A stretch of DNA of 64,000 nucleotides from an uncultured Eubacteriales bacterium (lineage in GTDB: Bacteria > Bacillota > Clostridia > Christensenellales > Aristaeellaceae). The notes under the pieces are model-generated. The model had not been told where the DNA came from, made no database searches, and saw only the letters and a program-made list of their open reading frames with translations. The translations under genes were made by a program, and so were the position numbers. The DNA lies in assembly GCA_902761825.1 (NCBI GenBank), contig CACWLY010000002.1:22912-86911 (forward strand), given 5' to 3'. Shown here piece by piece: positions 1 through 9,134 of this stretch (positions within the stretch are counted from its first letter, which is position 1; each line of letters begins with the position of its first letter).

Positions 1-357
<357 letters not shown>

Positions 358-358
358 A

Positions 359-1255
359 TTGCAAGCGATCACCTGCGCCCAAATCAAGCGATATGCCGCA
401 GAGTACGGTTTCTCTGCGGCTTATTGCTTTCCGCCCGAAGCCGAGGACCGCGCGCCCGAAGGAATTCAAACGCTGGTTCTGCTGGCGCGCGAATATACGC
501 CCGGGGGACGGCTGACCGACCGCTTTTATCCGGCGAGCAACGCCGCGTATCACGAGGTCAAGCGGATGGCGGAACGGATCAGCGATGAAACCGGCGTAAA
601 GGCGGAGCGGCTCAGCGAACTGAAAATGAAGCCCATGTGCAGGCGGCATCCCGCTTTCGGCACGGGAAAAAACACGCTCAATTACCTGCCCGGGATCGGT
701 TCCCGCTTCTGTATGGAGCTGATCGGCCTGTGCGCGCCCGTCGAGAGCGAAGAATGCGCGGCGTATGACGGCTTATCCCTCGACTGCGGGACGTGCGACC
801 GCTGCGAGCGCGTTTGCCCCGGCGGCGCGATCTCCGCGGAAGGGTTTACCAAAGAGCGCTGCATCCGCTATTATATGATGAGCGGAAGAGTCATGCCCGA
901 CGAATTGCGCGGCCATGTCGGCCTGCGGAAGGGCGCTTGCGGGATCATCGGCTGCGATCTCTGCCAGCGCGTCTGTCCGGCCAACGCGAAAAAGGAAACG
1001 CAGCGGACGGAGGACGACGATTTTACGCTGGCGGAGCTTCTGGACTGCGATCGGGAAACGCTCGCGCGGTTCGCGGCGCTGTACGGAAAGAATTACGCCG
1101 TCAAAAACCGGATCATCGCCCAGGCGCTGCTGACGGCGGCCAATAACGGACGCGCGGAATACCTGGAGCGCATCAGGCGTCTTGAGGACAATCCGTCCGC
1201 GCTCGTGGCGGAGTACGCGCGGTGGGCGAGGAAAAAACTCGAAGAAAAAGGATAA
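359..1255 (+). CDS. queG: Epoxyqueuosine reductase-like 4Fe-4S protein
   Basis: TTG start. Two ferredoxin-type Cys clusters (CGTCDRCERVCP, CDLCQRVCP), a GKN..GS segment and a HEAT-like C-terminal tail as in QueG. Assigned by motif only. Confidence 0.55.
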   Translation: MQAITCAQIKRYAAEYGFSAAYCFPPEAEDRAPEGIQTLVLLAREYTPGGRLTDRFYPASNAAYHEVKRMAERISDETGVKAERLSELKMKPMCRRHPAFGTGKNTLNYLPGIGSRFCMELIGLCAPVESEECAAYDGLSLDCGTCDRCERVCPGGAISAEGFTKERCIRYYMMSGRVMPDELRGHVGLRKGACGIIGCDLCQRVCPANAKKETQRTEDDDFTLAELLDCDRETLARFAALYGKNYAVKNRIIAQALLTAANNGRAEYLERIRRLEDNPSALVAEYARWARKKLEEKG

Positions 1256-1303
1256 TTTATTAAAAATTTATTACAAAAATATAGTGCAATTATTTCAAAA
1301 GTA

Positions 1304-1335
1304 TGTTATAATCACCTTGCATGATGCAAGGTGAT
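1304..1335 (+). promoter_or_regulatory. Extended -10 promoter (TGtTATAAT, 1304-1312) overlapping a perfect 25-bp palindrome ATCACCTTGCAT-G-ATGCAAGGTGAT (1311-1335)
   Basis: Read directly from the sequence. It lies 20 nt upstream of the methyltransferase ATG and 55 nt after the queG-like stop, and is followed by ATTTTGTT. Confidence 0.5.
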
Positions 1336-1355
1336 ATTTTGTTGGGGGAAAAAGC

Positions 1356-1940
1356 ATGCTGGAAAGAATGCAGGAAGGCTCCAGGCTTCATTTGGGAGAC
1401 GGACAGATCGGCACGCGGCTGCACGGCGCTGAAAAGGCTCTGGCGCAATGGGCGATCGTGGACGATTACAACGCTGTTCTGGATATGCGGTGCACCGGTA
1501 CGGCGCTGCTTCGCAGCCTGTCGCAAAAGTTCAGCCTTCGCGCCTGCGGCATCACGGAGAACGCGCAGGACGCGCATTTTTTGCAGGACCGGCTGCCGAA
1601 CGCGGAGATTTACTGCGCCCGCAAGGAGGATATTCCCTGGCGGGATCAGTGCTTTGACGCCGTTTTTTATCGGCTCCGCAAAAAGGAAGGCAGCGCCGGC
1701 GCGGGTTTCCTGCGGGAAGCGATGCGCGTGCTTCGCCCGAACGGCCAATTGCTGATCGCCCTTGAGGGAATGCCGGAGATTTTCTGCGGCCTGGCGAAGC
1801 TTGCCGGCGTCGGGGATCAGGAGGACAGGCTGACGCCGAACGAGCTGATGCGGCAGATGGAGGAAGCCGGCTTCGGCGACGTTTCCTACCGCGTATCAAA
1901 GCCCTTCGTCGGCATTGCCATGGGCTGGAAACGGGAGTGA
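1356..1940 (+). CDS. Class I SAM-dependent methyltransferase
   Basis: SD GGGGGAA upstream. Methyltransferase-like motifs VLDMRCTG, FDAVFY and LRPNGQLLI. Confidence 0.7.
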   Translation: MLERMQEGSRLHLGDGQIGTRLHGAEKALAQWAIVDDYNAVLDMRCTGTALLRSLSQKFSLRACGITENAQDAHFLQDRLPNAEIYCARKEDIPWRDQCFDAVFYRLRKKEGSAGAGFLREAMRVLRPNGQLLIALEGMPEIFCGLAKLAGVGDQEDRLTPNELMRQMEEAGFGDVSYRVSKPFVGIAMGWKRE

Positions 1941-1946
1941 AAGAAA

Positions 1947-2594
1947 ATGAAAACGGGAAAAAGCATAAATTTCATCTTTCAGGGAAAGACTGTTACCGTA
2001 TTCAATCAGCGCAGCAGGTTATGGACGCACCCTTACGACGATAAAACACCGCAGATGGCTACTTTATCCAGCGCCGGCTGCGGGGTTTTTTCGATTTGTC
2101 ATTGCGGACAGTGGCTGACGGGCCATACGTTTGATCCCGAAGCGCTGGCTGATTTTTCGACGGCCAACGGCGGCCGGGACGATACCGGCACCAACCGGCC
2201 CGAGCTGCTTGCTTCGATGATGAAAAGCGGCCTTGCGCGCGCGTACGGATTCCGCTATGAGATGGACGGCCTTCGCAACGACAAAGAGACGCTGTGGGAT
2301 CATCTGGCCGCTCATCGGGGCATAGCGCTCTGCAATCTGCGCGTGGGGCACATCGTATCGCTGGCGGATATGCGGATCGTGGACGGGGAAAAACAGGCGC
2401 TCGTGATCGATTCGTACAGCGAAACCTCCGATCCGCGCGTCACGCCCATCGTGCGCGAAATCATCCGCGACAGCGCAATCGAAACCGAGGAGAGCAATGA
2501 AAAAGGCTTCTATGCTTTTTCACGCACGCAATATGCCATGTATTGGGCGAGCGGCGAAACGATCCGGGATTTCAATTTGCTGCATGCGCTTTGA
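1947..2594 (+). CDS. Hypothetical protein, possible papain-fold cysteine peptidase-like
   Basis: 215-aa ORF with an SD. Candidate Cys/His/Asp triad (SAGCGVFS, VGHIVSL, VIDSYS). No signal peptide. Confidence 0.55.
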   Translation: MKTGKSINFIFQGKTVTVFNQRSRLWTHPYDDKTPQMATLSSAGCGVFSICHCGQWLTGHTFDPEALADFSTANGGRDDTGTNRPELLASMMKSGLARAYGFRYEMDGLRNDKETLWDHLAAHRGIALCNLRVGHIVSLADMRIVDGEKQALVIDSYSETSDPRVTPIVREIIRDSAIETEESNEKGFYAFSRTQYAMYWASGETIRDFNLLHAL

Positions 2595-2607
2595 AAGGAA
2601 GACTGAT

Positions 2608-4332
2608 TTGAGGAGAAAACCGCAAGCCAAACGCTTTTTCGCCTGCTTCCTGGCGGCAATCCTGCTGATTGCCGCCTGTCCGTTCTGCACATATGCGAAG
2701 GCCGACCCGAACGTGATCCGCGTGCTGCTTACCAAGCTCGCTTTGACCGACCGGATGACGGTATCGCTGGACGGAAGCTACACGATCGGGGATTTTTCCT
2801 TTCAGCGCGGTTCGCAGATCACCGTATCCTGCAAAACGGGAACGCTGATGATCTACTATGAAGGAATAGCCTGGAACGCGGGAAAGGAAGCGCGTCTGAT
2901 CCGTCACGAAGCGGAGCAGGGAAAGGAAAACGGCCTGCGCATCAACGGCGGCTATCCGCTGTACGCGGGAGATCTGCGGATATCCATTGCCGACGGGAAT
3001 CTGAACGCGGTTCTGCATATTCCGGTGGAGGAATACCTGCTTGGCGTCGTTCCTTACGAAATGAGCGACGCGTTTCCGCTGGAAGCGCTGAAGGCCCAGG
3101 CCGTCGCGGCGCGCACATACGCGCTGCGCAAGGTAGGAACGGGCGGAAGCTACGACCTGGTGGACAACACGAACGACCAGGTGTACCGCGGATATCAGAA
3201 AGAGAACGGCAACGCGAACCGCGCGGTAAAGGAAACGGCGGGCGTCTGCGGCTTTTACGGGAAATCGCCGGCGAATTGCTATTATTCGGCAAGCAACGGC
3301 GGACAGGTGGAAATTCCAGAGCATGTGTGGGGGAAAAGCGACGGCGATTACATCACCATGCATGAGGATCCCTACGATGTGGAAAACCCCGAAAGCCTGG
3401 TAAAAAAAGCGACCGTGAAGAAGGCGCCCGCGGAAGGGCTGCTCGGCAACGGCGCGTTTACCGGTGCGGTCAAGCTGCTGCTTTCCGAACCGCTGGCCGC
3501 GAAAGGCTACACCGGGGAAGCGGAGGATATCAGGATTCTCTCCGTGGAAAGCATGGAAATGCTGGGGCCTAAGACCGGCGATCCTTCGCTCGTGATGACG
3601 GCGCTCCGGACGACGCTGAAAGTGAAGGCGCGGCGCGTGCCCAGCCAGGCGATGACCGATGACGAGGAAATGAGCATTTTTCAGGTCGGCCAGCCGACGG
3701 CGACCGCTCAGCCCACGCCGACCGCCGCGCCGCAGGGAGCTTTCGTCATTGTGCCCGAACCCATCACGGTCGATATCCCCGTTTTTCCTACGGTCAAGCA
3801 GCTGCTCGGCCTGGGGATCAACAGCACGGACAATGAGATCATCACCGTGCATGAAAAAGAGGACGCGTTTGAATTGCAGTCGCGCAGATACGGTCACGGC
3901 GTGGGCATGAGCCAGCGCGGCGCGCAATGGATGGCGTCCAAGTACGGATGGAAGTATGAGCAGATTTTGCGATTCTATTATCCCGGACTCACCTTCAAAG
4001 CCGTCGATACGAACGTGGCGCTGCCGACGCCCTTGACGATGGAATACCTCTCGACGCCCGGCCCCGCTGCGTCGCCCACCCCGCGCCCGACGCTGATGCC
4101 GGTTTCCGCCGCCCCGCAAAAGGGCGAATGGAAAGCGCAGGTGACGCGGATCGGCGTCAATTCCTATCTGAACCTTCGCGCCGCGCCGAGCATGGACGCC
4201 GAGGTGCTTCGCCAGCTGTATTACGGACAGATGCTGATTGTCACCGAAACGCTGCCCGACGGCTGGCTCAGGGTGAAAACGGACGTGATGGAAGGCTATG
4301 TGATGGAGCAGTTTGTGGAAAAGAAGGATTAA
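2608..4332 (+). CDS. SpoIID/LytB-domain protein with signal peptide and C-terminal SH3b domain
   Basis: TTG start at 2608 behind AAAGGAAG. The ORF-track start at 2497 would overlap the previous gene. SpoIID-type motifs (VVPYEM, EALKAQAVAARTYA, SASNGGQ, GHGVGMSQ). SH3b-like tail GVNSYLNLRAAPS...GWLRV. Confidence 0.85.
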   Translation: MRRKPQAKRFFACFLAAILLIAACPFCTYAKADPNVIRVLLTKLALTDRMTVSLDGSYTIGDFSFQRGSQITVSCKTGTLMIYYEGIAWNAGKEARLIRHEAEQGKENGLRINGGYPLYAGDLRISIADGNLNAVLHIPVEEYLLGVVPYEMSDAFPLEALKAQAVAARTYALRKVGTGGSYDLVDNTNDQVYRGYQKENGNANRAVKETAGVCGFYGKSPANCYYSASNGGQVEIPEHVWGKSDGDYITMHEDPYDVENPESLVKKATVKKAPAEGLLGNGAFTGAVKLLLSEPLAAKGYTGEAEDIRILSVESMEMLGPKTGDPSLVMTALRTTLKVKARRVPSQAMTDDEEMSIFQVGQPTATAQPTPTAAPQGAFVIVPEPITVDIPVFPTVKQLLGLGINSTDNEIITVHEKEDAFELQSRRYGHGVGMSQRGAQWMASKYGWKYEQILRFYYPGLTFKAVDTNVALPTPLTMEYLSTPGPAASPTPRPTLMPVSAAPQKGEWKAQVTRIGVNSYLNLRAAPSMDAEVLRQLYYGQMLIVTETLPDGWLRVKTDVMEGYVMEQFVEKKD

Positions 4333-4339
4333 ACCGAAG

Positions 4340-4372
4340 GACCCGCCGGAAAATGCCGGCGGGGTCTTTTTT
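4340..4372 (+). terminator. Intrinsic terminator after the SpoIID-domain gene
   Basis: GACCCGCCGG-loop-CCGGCGGGGTC followed by TTTTTT. Confidence 0.8.
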
Positions 4373-4440
4373 GCATTCTTTATCTGTCTGCCTTTATAAT
4401 AGCAGCGGACGATGCTTCAATTGGATAGAAGCAGCGGTCC

Positions 4441-4470
4441 TTGCAGAAAGTGCCGATTTTGTGATAAAAT
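4441..4470 (+). promoter_or_regulatory. Putative sigma-A promoter (TTGCAG, 18-nt spacer, TGaTAAAAT)
   Basis: Sequence match only. It would give a leader of about 175 nt before the ATG at 4654. Confidence 0.4.
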
Positions 4471-4653
4471 AAATCAATAACACCAGGCAGGGAAAGCGAG
4501 AAGCACTACTGCAAGGTATATTCGCAAGCAGGACCTCGGGCGAACCGGCATATTCGGTGAGATCGATACAGCGCCGGAGCGCATCACAAGCCGCGAGAGC
4601 TATGCTGAAATAACGCCCGATGAATAAACGACCATCAATCAGGAGGTATCACG

Positions 4654-6102
4654 ATGAAAAAGAGATTTGCGGCATGGATTTTAGCGCTGCTCATGATCGC
4701 GGGCGCGCTGATTCTCTGCGCGGCGGAGCCGGTGAATTCCGGGGATCAGACCGCGCTGGTGTCTGAATACTGGACGGAGGGCTCCCGGGCGGCGGCGAGC
4801 CTGAACGACTATCTGACGGCTGTGACAGACGCGGCTTCTCCCGATTACATTCCCGTAAAGGACCGCATCGCCGTGTTTGATCTGGACGGCACGCTGATGT
4901 GCGAGACCTATCCTTTCTGCTTCGAGTATATGCTGTTCGCGGATTACGCGCTGAAAAGCGGCAGCGATACGATCACCGACGCGGTTCGTGCGGTGGCGCA
5001 GGAGATCGTGGACGCCGCGGGCAAGGATAAACCCAGCGGCATGAGCACACGGCAGGCCGCCGCGGGAGCCGTCGCCTACCAGGGCATGACCATGGATCAG
5101 CTTGCGCAGACCGTGCGTATCTTCAAGGACAGCGAGGCCTGGGGCTTCACCGGCATGAAGCGCGGCGAGGCGTACTACAAGCCGATGGTGGAGCTGTTTG
5201 ACGCGCTGCTGGCCAACGATTTCACCGTCTATATCGTCACGGCTACCGAGCGCAATATCGTGCGCGCGGTGATCGAAGGCGGGCTGGACATCCCTCCGGC
5301 CCATGTGATCGGCACGGAGTATGGCTACACCGCCACGAACCAGGGCGACAAAGCGGACACCGACTACACCTTCCAGCCCTCGGATCAGGTCGTTTTCGAC
5401 GGGTATTACGACGGCGAGAACGCCAAAATGAGCAAGGTGGATGCAATCGTGCGCGAGATCGGGCAGCAGCCGGTGCTTGCGTTCGGCAATTCCTCCGGCG
5501 ATCTGGCGATGGAGGTCTACACGATTTCGGGCAATCCTTACCGGAGCGCGGCCTGGATGGTGCTGGCGGACGACGAGGCGCGGGAATACGGCAATGCCGG
5601 AAGCGCCGCGCAGAAGAAGACCGACTATGAGGCGCAGGGGATCGGCGTCATCTCCATGCGCGACGATTTCGCGACCATCTACGGGGAGGATGTCGTGAAA
5701 ACCGGCGAGTTCCACCAGAAGGAAGAATACGCAGACAGCAGGATCCCCACCGAAACTGAAGCTGAGACCGAAACCACCCCGGATGTCCAGTACGTCCTGT
5801 ATCTGGGAACCAACGACAAGGATACAAACAAGCCTGTTTTCACGCAGGCGGAAGCGCTGGACAAGGCGAAGGATATCCTGATTCGTCATTTCGGCGGTTA
5901 TACGATTCAGGAAGCGCACGGCGGATGGATTGACAATGATATCGAGTATCAGGAATACACGCTGGTGATCTATCTGAGCGACACGACGCCAGACAGGGTT
6001 CATGCCGCGGCGGATGAGATGATTGAGGTGTTCCATCAGAGCTCTGTTCTGATCCAGGAGAATCCGACCAAAACCGAGTTCTACAGCCCGGAAAATCCAT
6101 GA
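4654..6102 (+). CDS. Secreted HAD-superfamily phosphatase-like protein fused to a DUF3574-like C-terminal domain
   Basis: Strong SD AGGAGG. Signal peptide. HAD motif I FDLDGTL and motif IV FGNSSGD. The C-terminal 110 aa match the pattern LYLG...GYTIQEAHGGW...E.TLVIY...F.QSSVL. Confidence 0.8.
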   Translation: MKKRFAAWILALLMIAGALILCAAEPVNSGDQTALVSEYWTEGSRAAASLNDYLTAVTDAASPDYIPVKDRIAVFDLDGTLMCETYPFCFEYMLFADYALKSGSDTITDAVRAVAQEIVDAAGKDKPSGMSTRQAAAGAVAYQGMTMDQLAQTVRIFKDSEAWGFTGMKRGEAYYKPMVELFDALLANDFTVYIVTATERNIVRAVIEGGLDIPPAHVIGTEYGYTATNQGDKADTDYTFQPSDQVVFDGYYDGENAKMSKVDAIVREIGQQPVLAFGNSSGDLAMEVYTISGNPYRSAAWMVLADDEAREYGNAGSAAQKKTDYEAQGIGVISMRDDFATIYGEDVVKTGEFHQKEEYADSRIPTETEAETETTPDVQYVLYLGTNDKDTNKPVFTQAEALDKAKDILIRHFGGYTIQEAHGGWIDNDIEYQEYTLVIYLSDTTPDRVHAAADEMIEVFHQSSVLIQENPTKTEFYSPENP

Positions 6103-6320
6103 TAAGCCTCAAAAGGCATTGACGGCTTGCCGGGGTGCTGTTTTAATCCGTTGAGCAAAAAGAAAAGGCAGTACAGACAGTTTGCGGATACGTATATGCT
6201 GCGGATCGATCACGGAGAGCGGCGTTCAGGGGCAATATCGAAGCGCTGTCCGCGCTGACGGAGGCCGCCTGAGACAAGAGGAGACACAGCAATACGACCA
6301 TTTGACGGGAGGCGCGGCCT

Positions 6321-7976
6321 ATGAACGGCAAGCGGGACAATACAGACAAAAGAAAGAAAAAGCGCGTGAAGCTTTACGAGGTCACGGCAGAAAACGATAT
6401 TCGATACAGGGGCCCTCTGTCCTACTTTCATTTTCAAATCCTCGGCTGGCTTTGCATCGTGCTTTCTCAGGTCGCGCTGATCCTGCGGCTTGCAGGCCGC
6501 CTGAACGCCGATGCGGCGGTGAACACAGCGGGCGCGCTCGGTTTTTTGCAAAACGCCGCCAACCTGTCGCTGCCGTTTTTGCTCATCTTCGTGTTCGCGC
6601 AGCTTTTGAACACGGAAGGCGGCTACGTGAAGCAGATCGTCAAAAACGGCGCGGCGATGGCCGGCGTCTGGGCGCTGTCCTGCCTCGTGTTCTACCGCTA
6701 CATCGTGGGCGGCATGGGGGCGTTCATTGAGAACCCCGGCGAAATCATACCCGCGATTCAGACCGTAATCGCGCAGGTTGCGCCCAGCGGCTTCGTTGCC
6801 TTCAACATCTTCGTGGATCTGTTCCTGTGCGCGCTGACGATATTCTTTCTGAACTGCAGGCCCCGCCGCATTTTCACGGGAAAGAGCCGGTTCATTTTCC
6901 GCCTGATGGCGCTGCTGCCCATCGCCTATGAAATCGGCTGCATGGTGCTCAAGGAACGCTCCGCCAGGGGGCTGATCGAAATCCCGATCTGGGCGTACCC
7001 GCTGCTGACCGTGAAACCGCCGATGACGTTCGTGCTGTTCCTCGTGCTGACGCTGTTCGTCAAGACGCGCGAGCTCCGCTTCCGCCGTCACGGAAAGACC
7101 CATGAGGAATACCTGGCCTTCCTGCAGACCCGGCGCAATTCGCGGAACTTCTCGATCTTTCTTGCCGTTATGCTGGTGCTCGCAAGCATTGCCGATTTCA
7201 TGGTGATGTTCGGCTTTACGATGAACGAGATGATGCAATCCACGATGACGAACATTGAAATTTCGCTGTCCGCGACGCCGACTCCACAGCCTTCGGCGCT
7301 GGAGACCGCGCTGACCGCCGCCACGCAGGGGGAGCGCTTTGATATGGAGGCGTTCTCGGCCGCGATCGGCGACGCCCTGCCGGAAGAATTGACCGATCCG
7401 GAGGCGTTTGAAGCCGCGATCAGGGAAGTCCTGCAGGGAAAGGAATACGACGCCGAGACGCTTGGCAACGCGTTTGCGACTGCCCTGCAAGGGCAAAAAT
7501 TCGACATGAAAGCGTTTGAAGCTGCGCTCGGCGGCGATTTGCCGGAGAAAGCGCCCGAAGCAGCCCCGGCTGATGCGCCGCCGGAGACGGCGGGTGAAAC
7601 CGCCGCGGCCGATCAGCCGAAAGAGATCAATCTGGAGGAAGTCGACGCTGAAAAGCTGAAGGCCGCGATAGACGACGCCATGAAGCAGGAGAATATCGAC
7701 TCCGCGGCAAATCGGGGATTCGACATCGCGCTGGCGGTGGGCTTCGGCGGCTCCATCTATCTGTTCCTGTTGGCCCCGCTGGTGCTGCTGTTCTCCTACA
7801 CGCGCAAGCCGAAGTACCCCTGGATGGGCATGCTGGTGCCGGTGGCGGGCTTCGCCCTGATTTTCGTGGCCTATGTGGAGGGCATCCACCAGCTGCTGTA
7901 CCTGCTGCCGTTTGAAAAGGTGAACCTGGACGAGCTGCGCGAGATGATCACGGTCGGCGCCTCCATGATTCAGTGA
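6321..7976 (+). CDS. Polytopic membrane protein of unknown function with an internally duplicated acidic helical module
   Basis: SD GGGAGG. About 8 N-terminal TM segments, an acidic soluble insert with the repeat G(E/Q)(R/K)FDM(E/K)AF.AA.G..LPE(E/K), and 2 C-terminal TM segments. Confidence 0.75.
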   Translation: MNGKRDNTDKRKKKRVKLYEVTAENDIRYRGPLSYFHFQILGWLCIVLSQVALILRLAGRLNADAAVNTAGALGFLQNAANLSLPFLLIFVFAQLLNTEGGYVKQIVKNGAAMAGVWALSCLVFYRYIVGGMGAFIENPGEIIPAIQTVIAQVAPSGFVAFNIFVDLFLCALTIFFLNCRPRRIFTGKSRFIFRLMALLPIAYEIGCMVLKERSARGLIEIPIWAYPLLTVKPPMTFVLFLVLTLFVKTRELRFRRHGKTHEEYLAFLQTRRNSRNFSIFLAVMLVLASIADFMVMFGFTMNEMMQSTMTNIEISLSATPTPQPSALETALTAATQGERFDMEAFSAAIGDALPEELTDPEAFEAAIREVLQGKEYDAETLGNAFATALQGQKFDMKAFEAALGGDLPEKAPEAAPADAPPETAGETAAADQPKEINLEEVDAEKLKAAIDDAMKQENIDSAANRGFDIALAVGFGGSIYLFLLAPLVLLFSYTRKPKYPWMGMLVPVAGFALIFVAYVEGIHQLLYLLPFEKVNLDELREMITVGASMIQ

Positions 7977-8105
7977 CGGCACATGATCCATACGGTTGAC
8001 AGGTTTTCCCACGTTCGGCCTGACGAAAAAGAGCCGCAGGCTCGTTTCCCTCGTCGGGGAGATGCTGTTTGATAGTCCTCGGTCCTGAAAAGAAAGGATG
8101 CAAAC

Positions 8106-9125
8106 ATGCAAACGAAAAAAGCGAAAAACGTTTTACCCCTGAAGTTTGTGCATGGGCTGCTGCTCCTGCTGGTGCTTTCCACCATGATCTCCATGATGAT
8201 CAATCTGGGCTTTTCTGCTTTCATGAATGTGCTTTCCCGGATGCAGGACGAGCTTCCGGAAACTGCCCCCATGCAGGAAACGTCCCTCCCGGCCGACACC
8301 TCCCGGGAGAGCACGACGGAGGCGAACGATGACAGTGAAATAACCCCGGAAAAGCAGGCCGTCATAAGCTCGCAAATGGAAGATGTGCTGGTTGAAATGG
8401 AGTCTTCGACCCTTTTACCCGCCGGAATGTATCTCTCCCTGGGGCTGCTGTTCCTGCTGATAGCCATTCTCACCCGGCATGAATGGCGGTACAACCTGTT
8501 CCGCTATGGGATCGGCGCGTTCCTGTTCCTGGTCTGTACGCTGATCTTTTTGCTTGCGGGATATCAGGCTGCCCTCCTGCCCGTCGCAATCCTGCACGCC
8601 CTGGCCCTGATGACAGATCATGTTTTCGCCATCATTATGAACCGGCGAACCCGCAGCGCGCTTTTCCGGGGCGGTTTCATCCTGCTGCTGCTTTTTTCTG
8701 TCTCGCTCCTGTTCTATGATCACACCGTTGCGCTCTTCGTGCTGCTGGGGCTGACCCTGGTCCGGATCTTCTATTATATAGTGCGTATTTCCTTTTCCCA
8801 GATACGCATGGACGTGCTGCGAAAAATCCTGAAGAAAACCTATGCCCTGGAAATCCTCCTGGGCTTGATGATGCTGATCATCGCTTTTTCCATTGTTCTG
8901 CCACAGTTCGAGTTCGGTATTCCCACCTTCGGGGATGCGCTGTGGTACTGCTTTGCCATCGTCACAACCATCGGATTCGGAGATTTTTCCGCGGTAACTG
9001 TACCCGGCCGGATCATTTCCGTGATCCTGGGTATCTACGGTATCGTCGTGGTGGCTTTAATTACCTCCATCATCGTCAATTTCTATTCGGAAACAAAAAA
9101 CAACGCTGACGACAAGGAGAAATGA
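8106..9125 (+). CDS. Potassium channel family protein (pore domain only, no RCK domain)
   Basis: K+ selectivity filter TTIGFGD between the last two TM helices. Additional upstream TM segments and a long acidic N-terminal linker. Confidence 0.8.
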   Translation: MQTKKAKNVLPLKFVHGLLLLLVLSTMISMMINLGFSAFMNVLSRMQDELPETAPMQETSLPADTSRESTTEANDDSEITPEKQAVISSQMEDVLVEMESSTLLPAGMYLSLGLLFLLIAILTRHEWRYNLFRYGIGAFLFLVCTLIFLLAGYQAALLPVAILHALALMTDHVFAIIMNRRTRSALFRGGFILLLLFSVSLLFYDHTVALFVLLGLTLVRIFYYIVRISFSQIRMDVLRKILKKTYALEILLGLMMLIIAFSIVLPQFEFGIPTFGDALWYCFAIVTTIGFGDFSAVTVPGRIISVILGIYGIVVVALITSIIVNFYSETKNNADDKEK

Positions 9126-9134
9126 TGGACATAA

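Noticed and set aside
2497-2607. Longer N-terminal extensions given in the ORF track: 2497, 11531, 13224, 14229, 17848, 19446, 23079, 23906, 28984, 34409, 35915, 37077, 37610, 48836, 51085, 55707, 57664, 59371 and 61420.
   Set aside because: In most cases an internal ATG/GTG/TTG sits 5-10 nt after a clear GGAGG-type SD and matches the family's usual N-terminus. For 48836, 51085 and 59371 the internal start was chosen with only weak SD support and remains uncertain. The extensions overlap the preceding gene or have no SD.
4470-4653. Cobalamin (or other known) riboswitch upstream of the HAD gene.
   Set aside because: Only scattered fragments resemble the B12 core and B12 box. The conserved GGTGAGAATCC-type segment and overall helices could not be placed. 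I kept it only as a generic long-leader observation.
6103-6320. c-di-AMP (ydaO-type) or other riboswitch upstream of the membrane protein and K+ channel genes.
   Set aside because: The leader is long and has a CGGAGAGCG...CGCTGTCCG stem. None of the ydaO signature blocks I remember (GGGGACCCA, GGGGTGAATC, CCCGAACCCG) are present.
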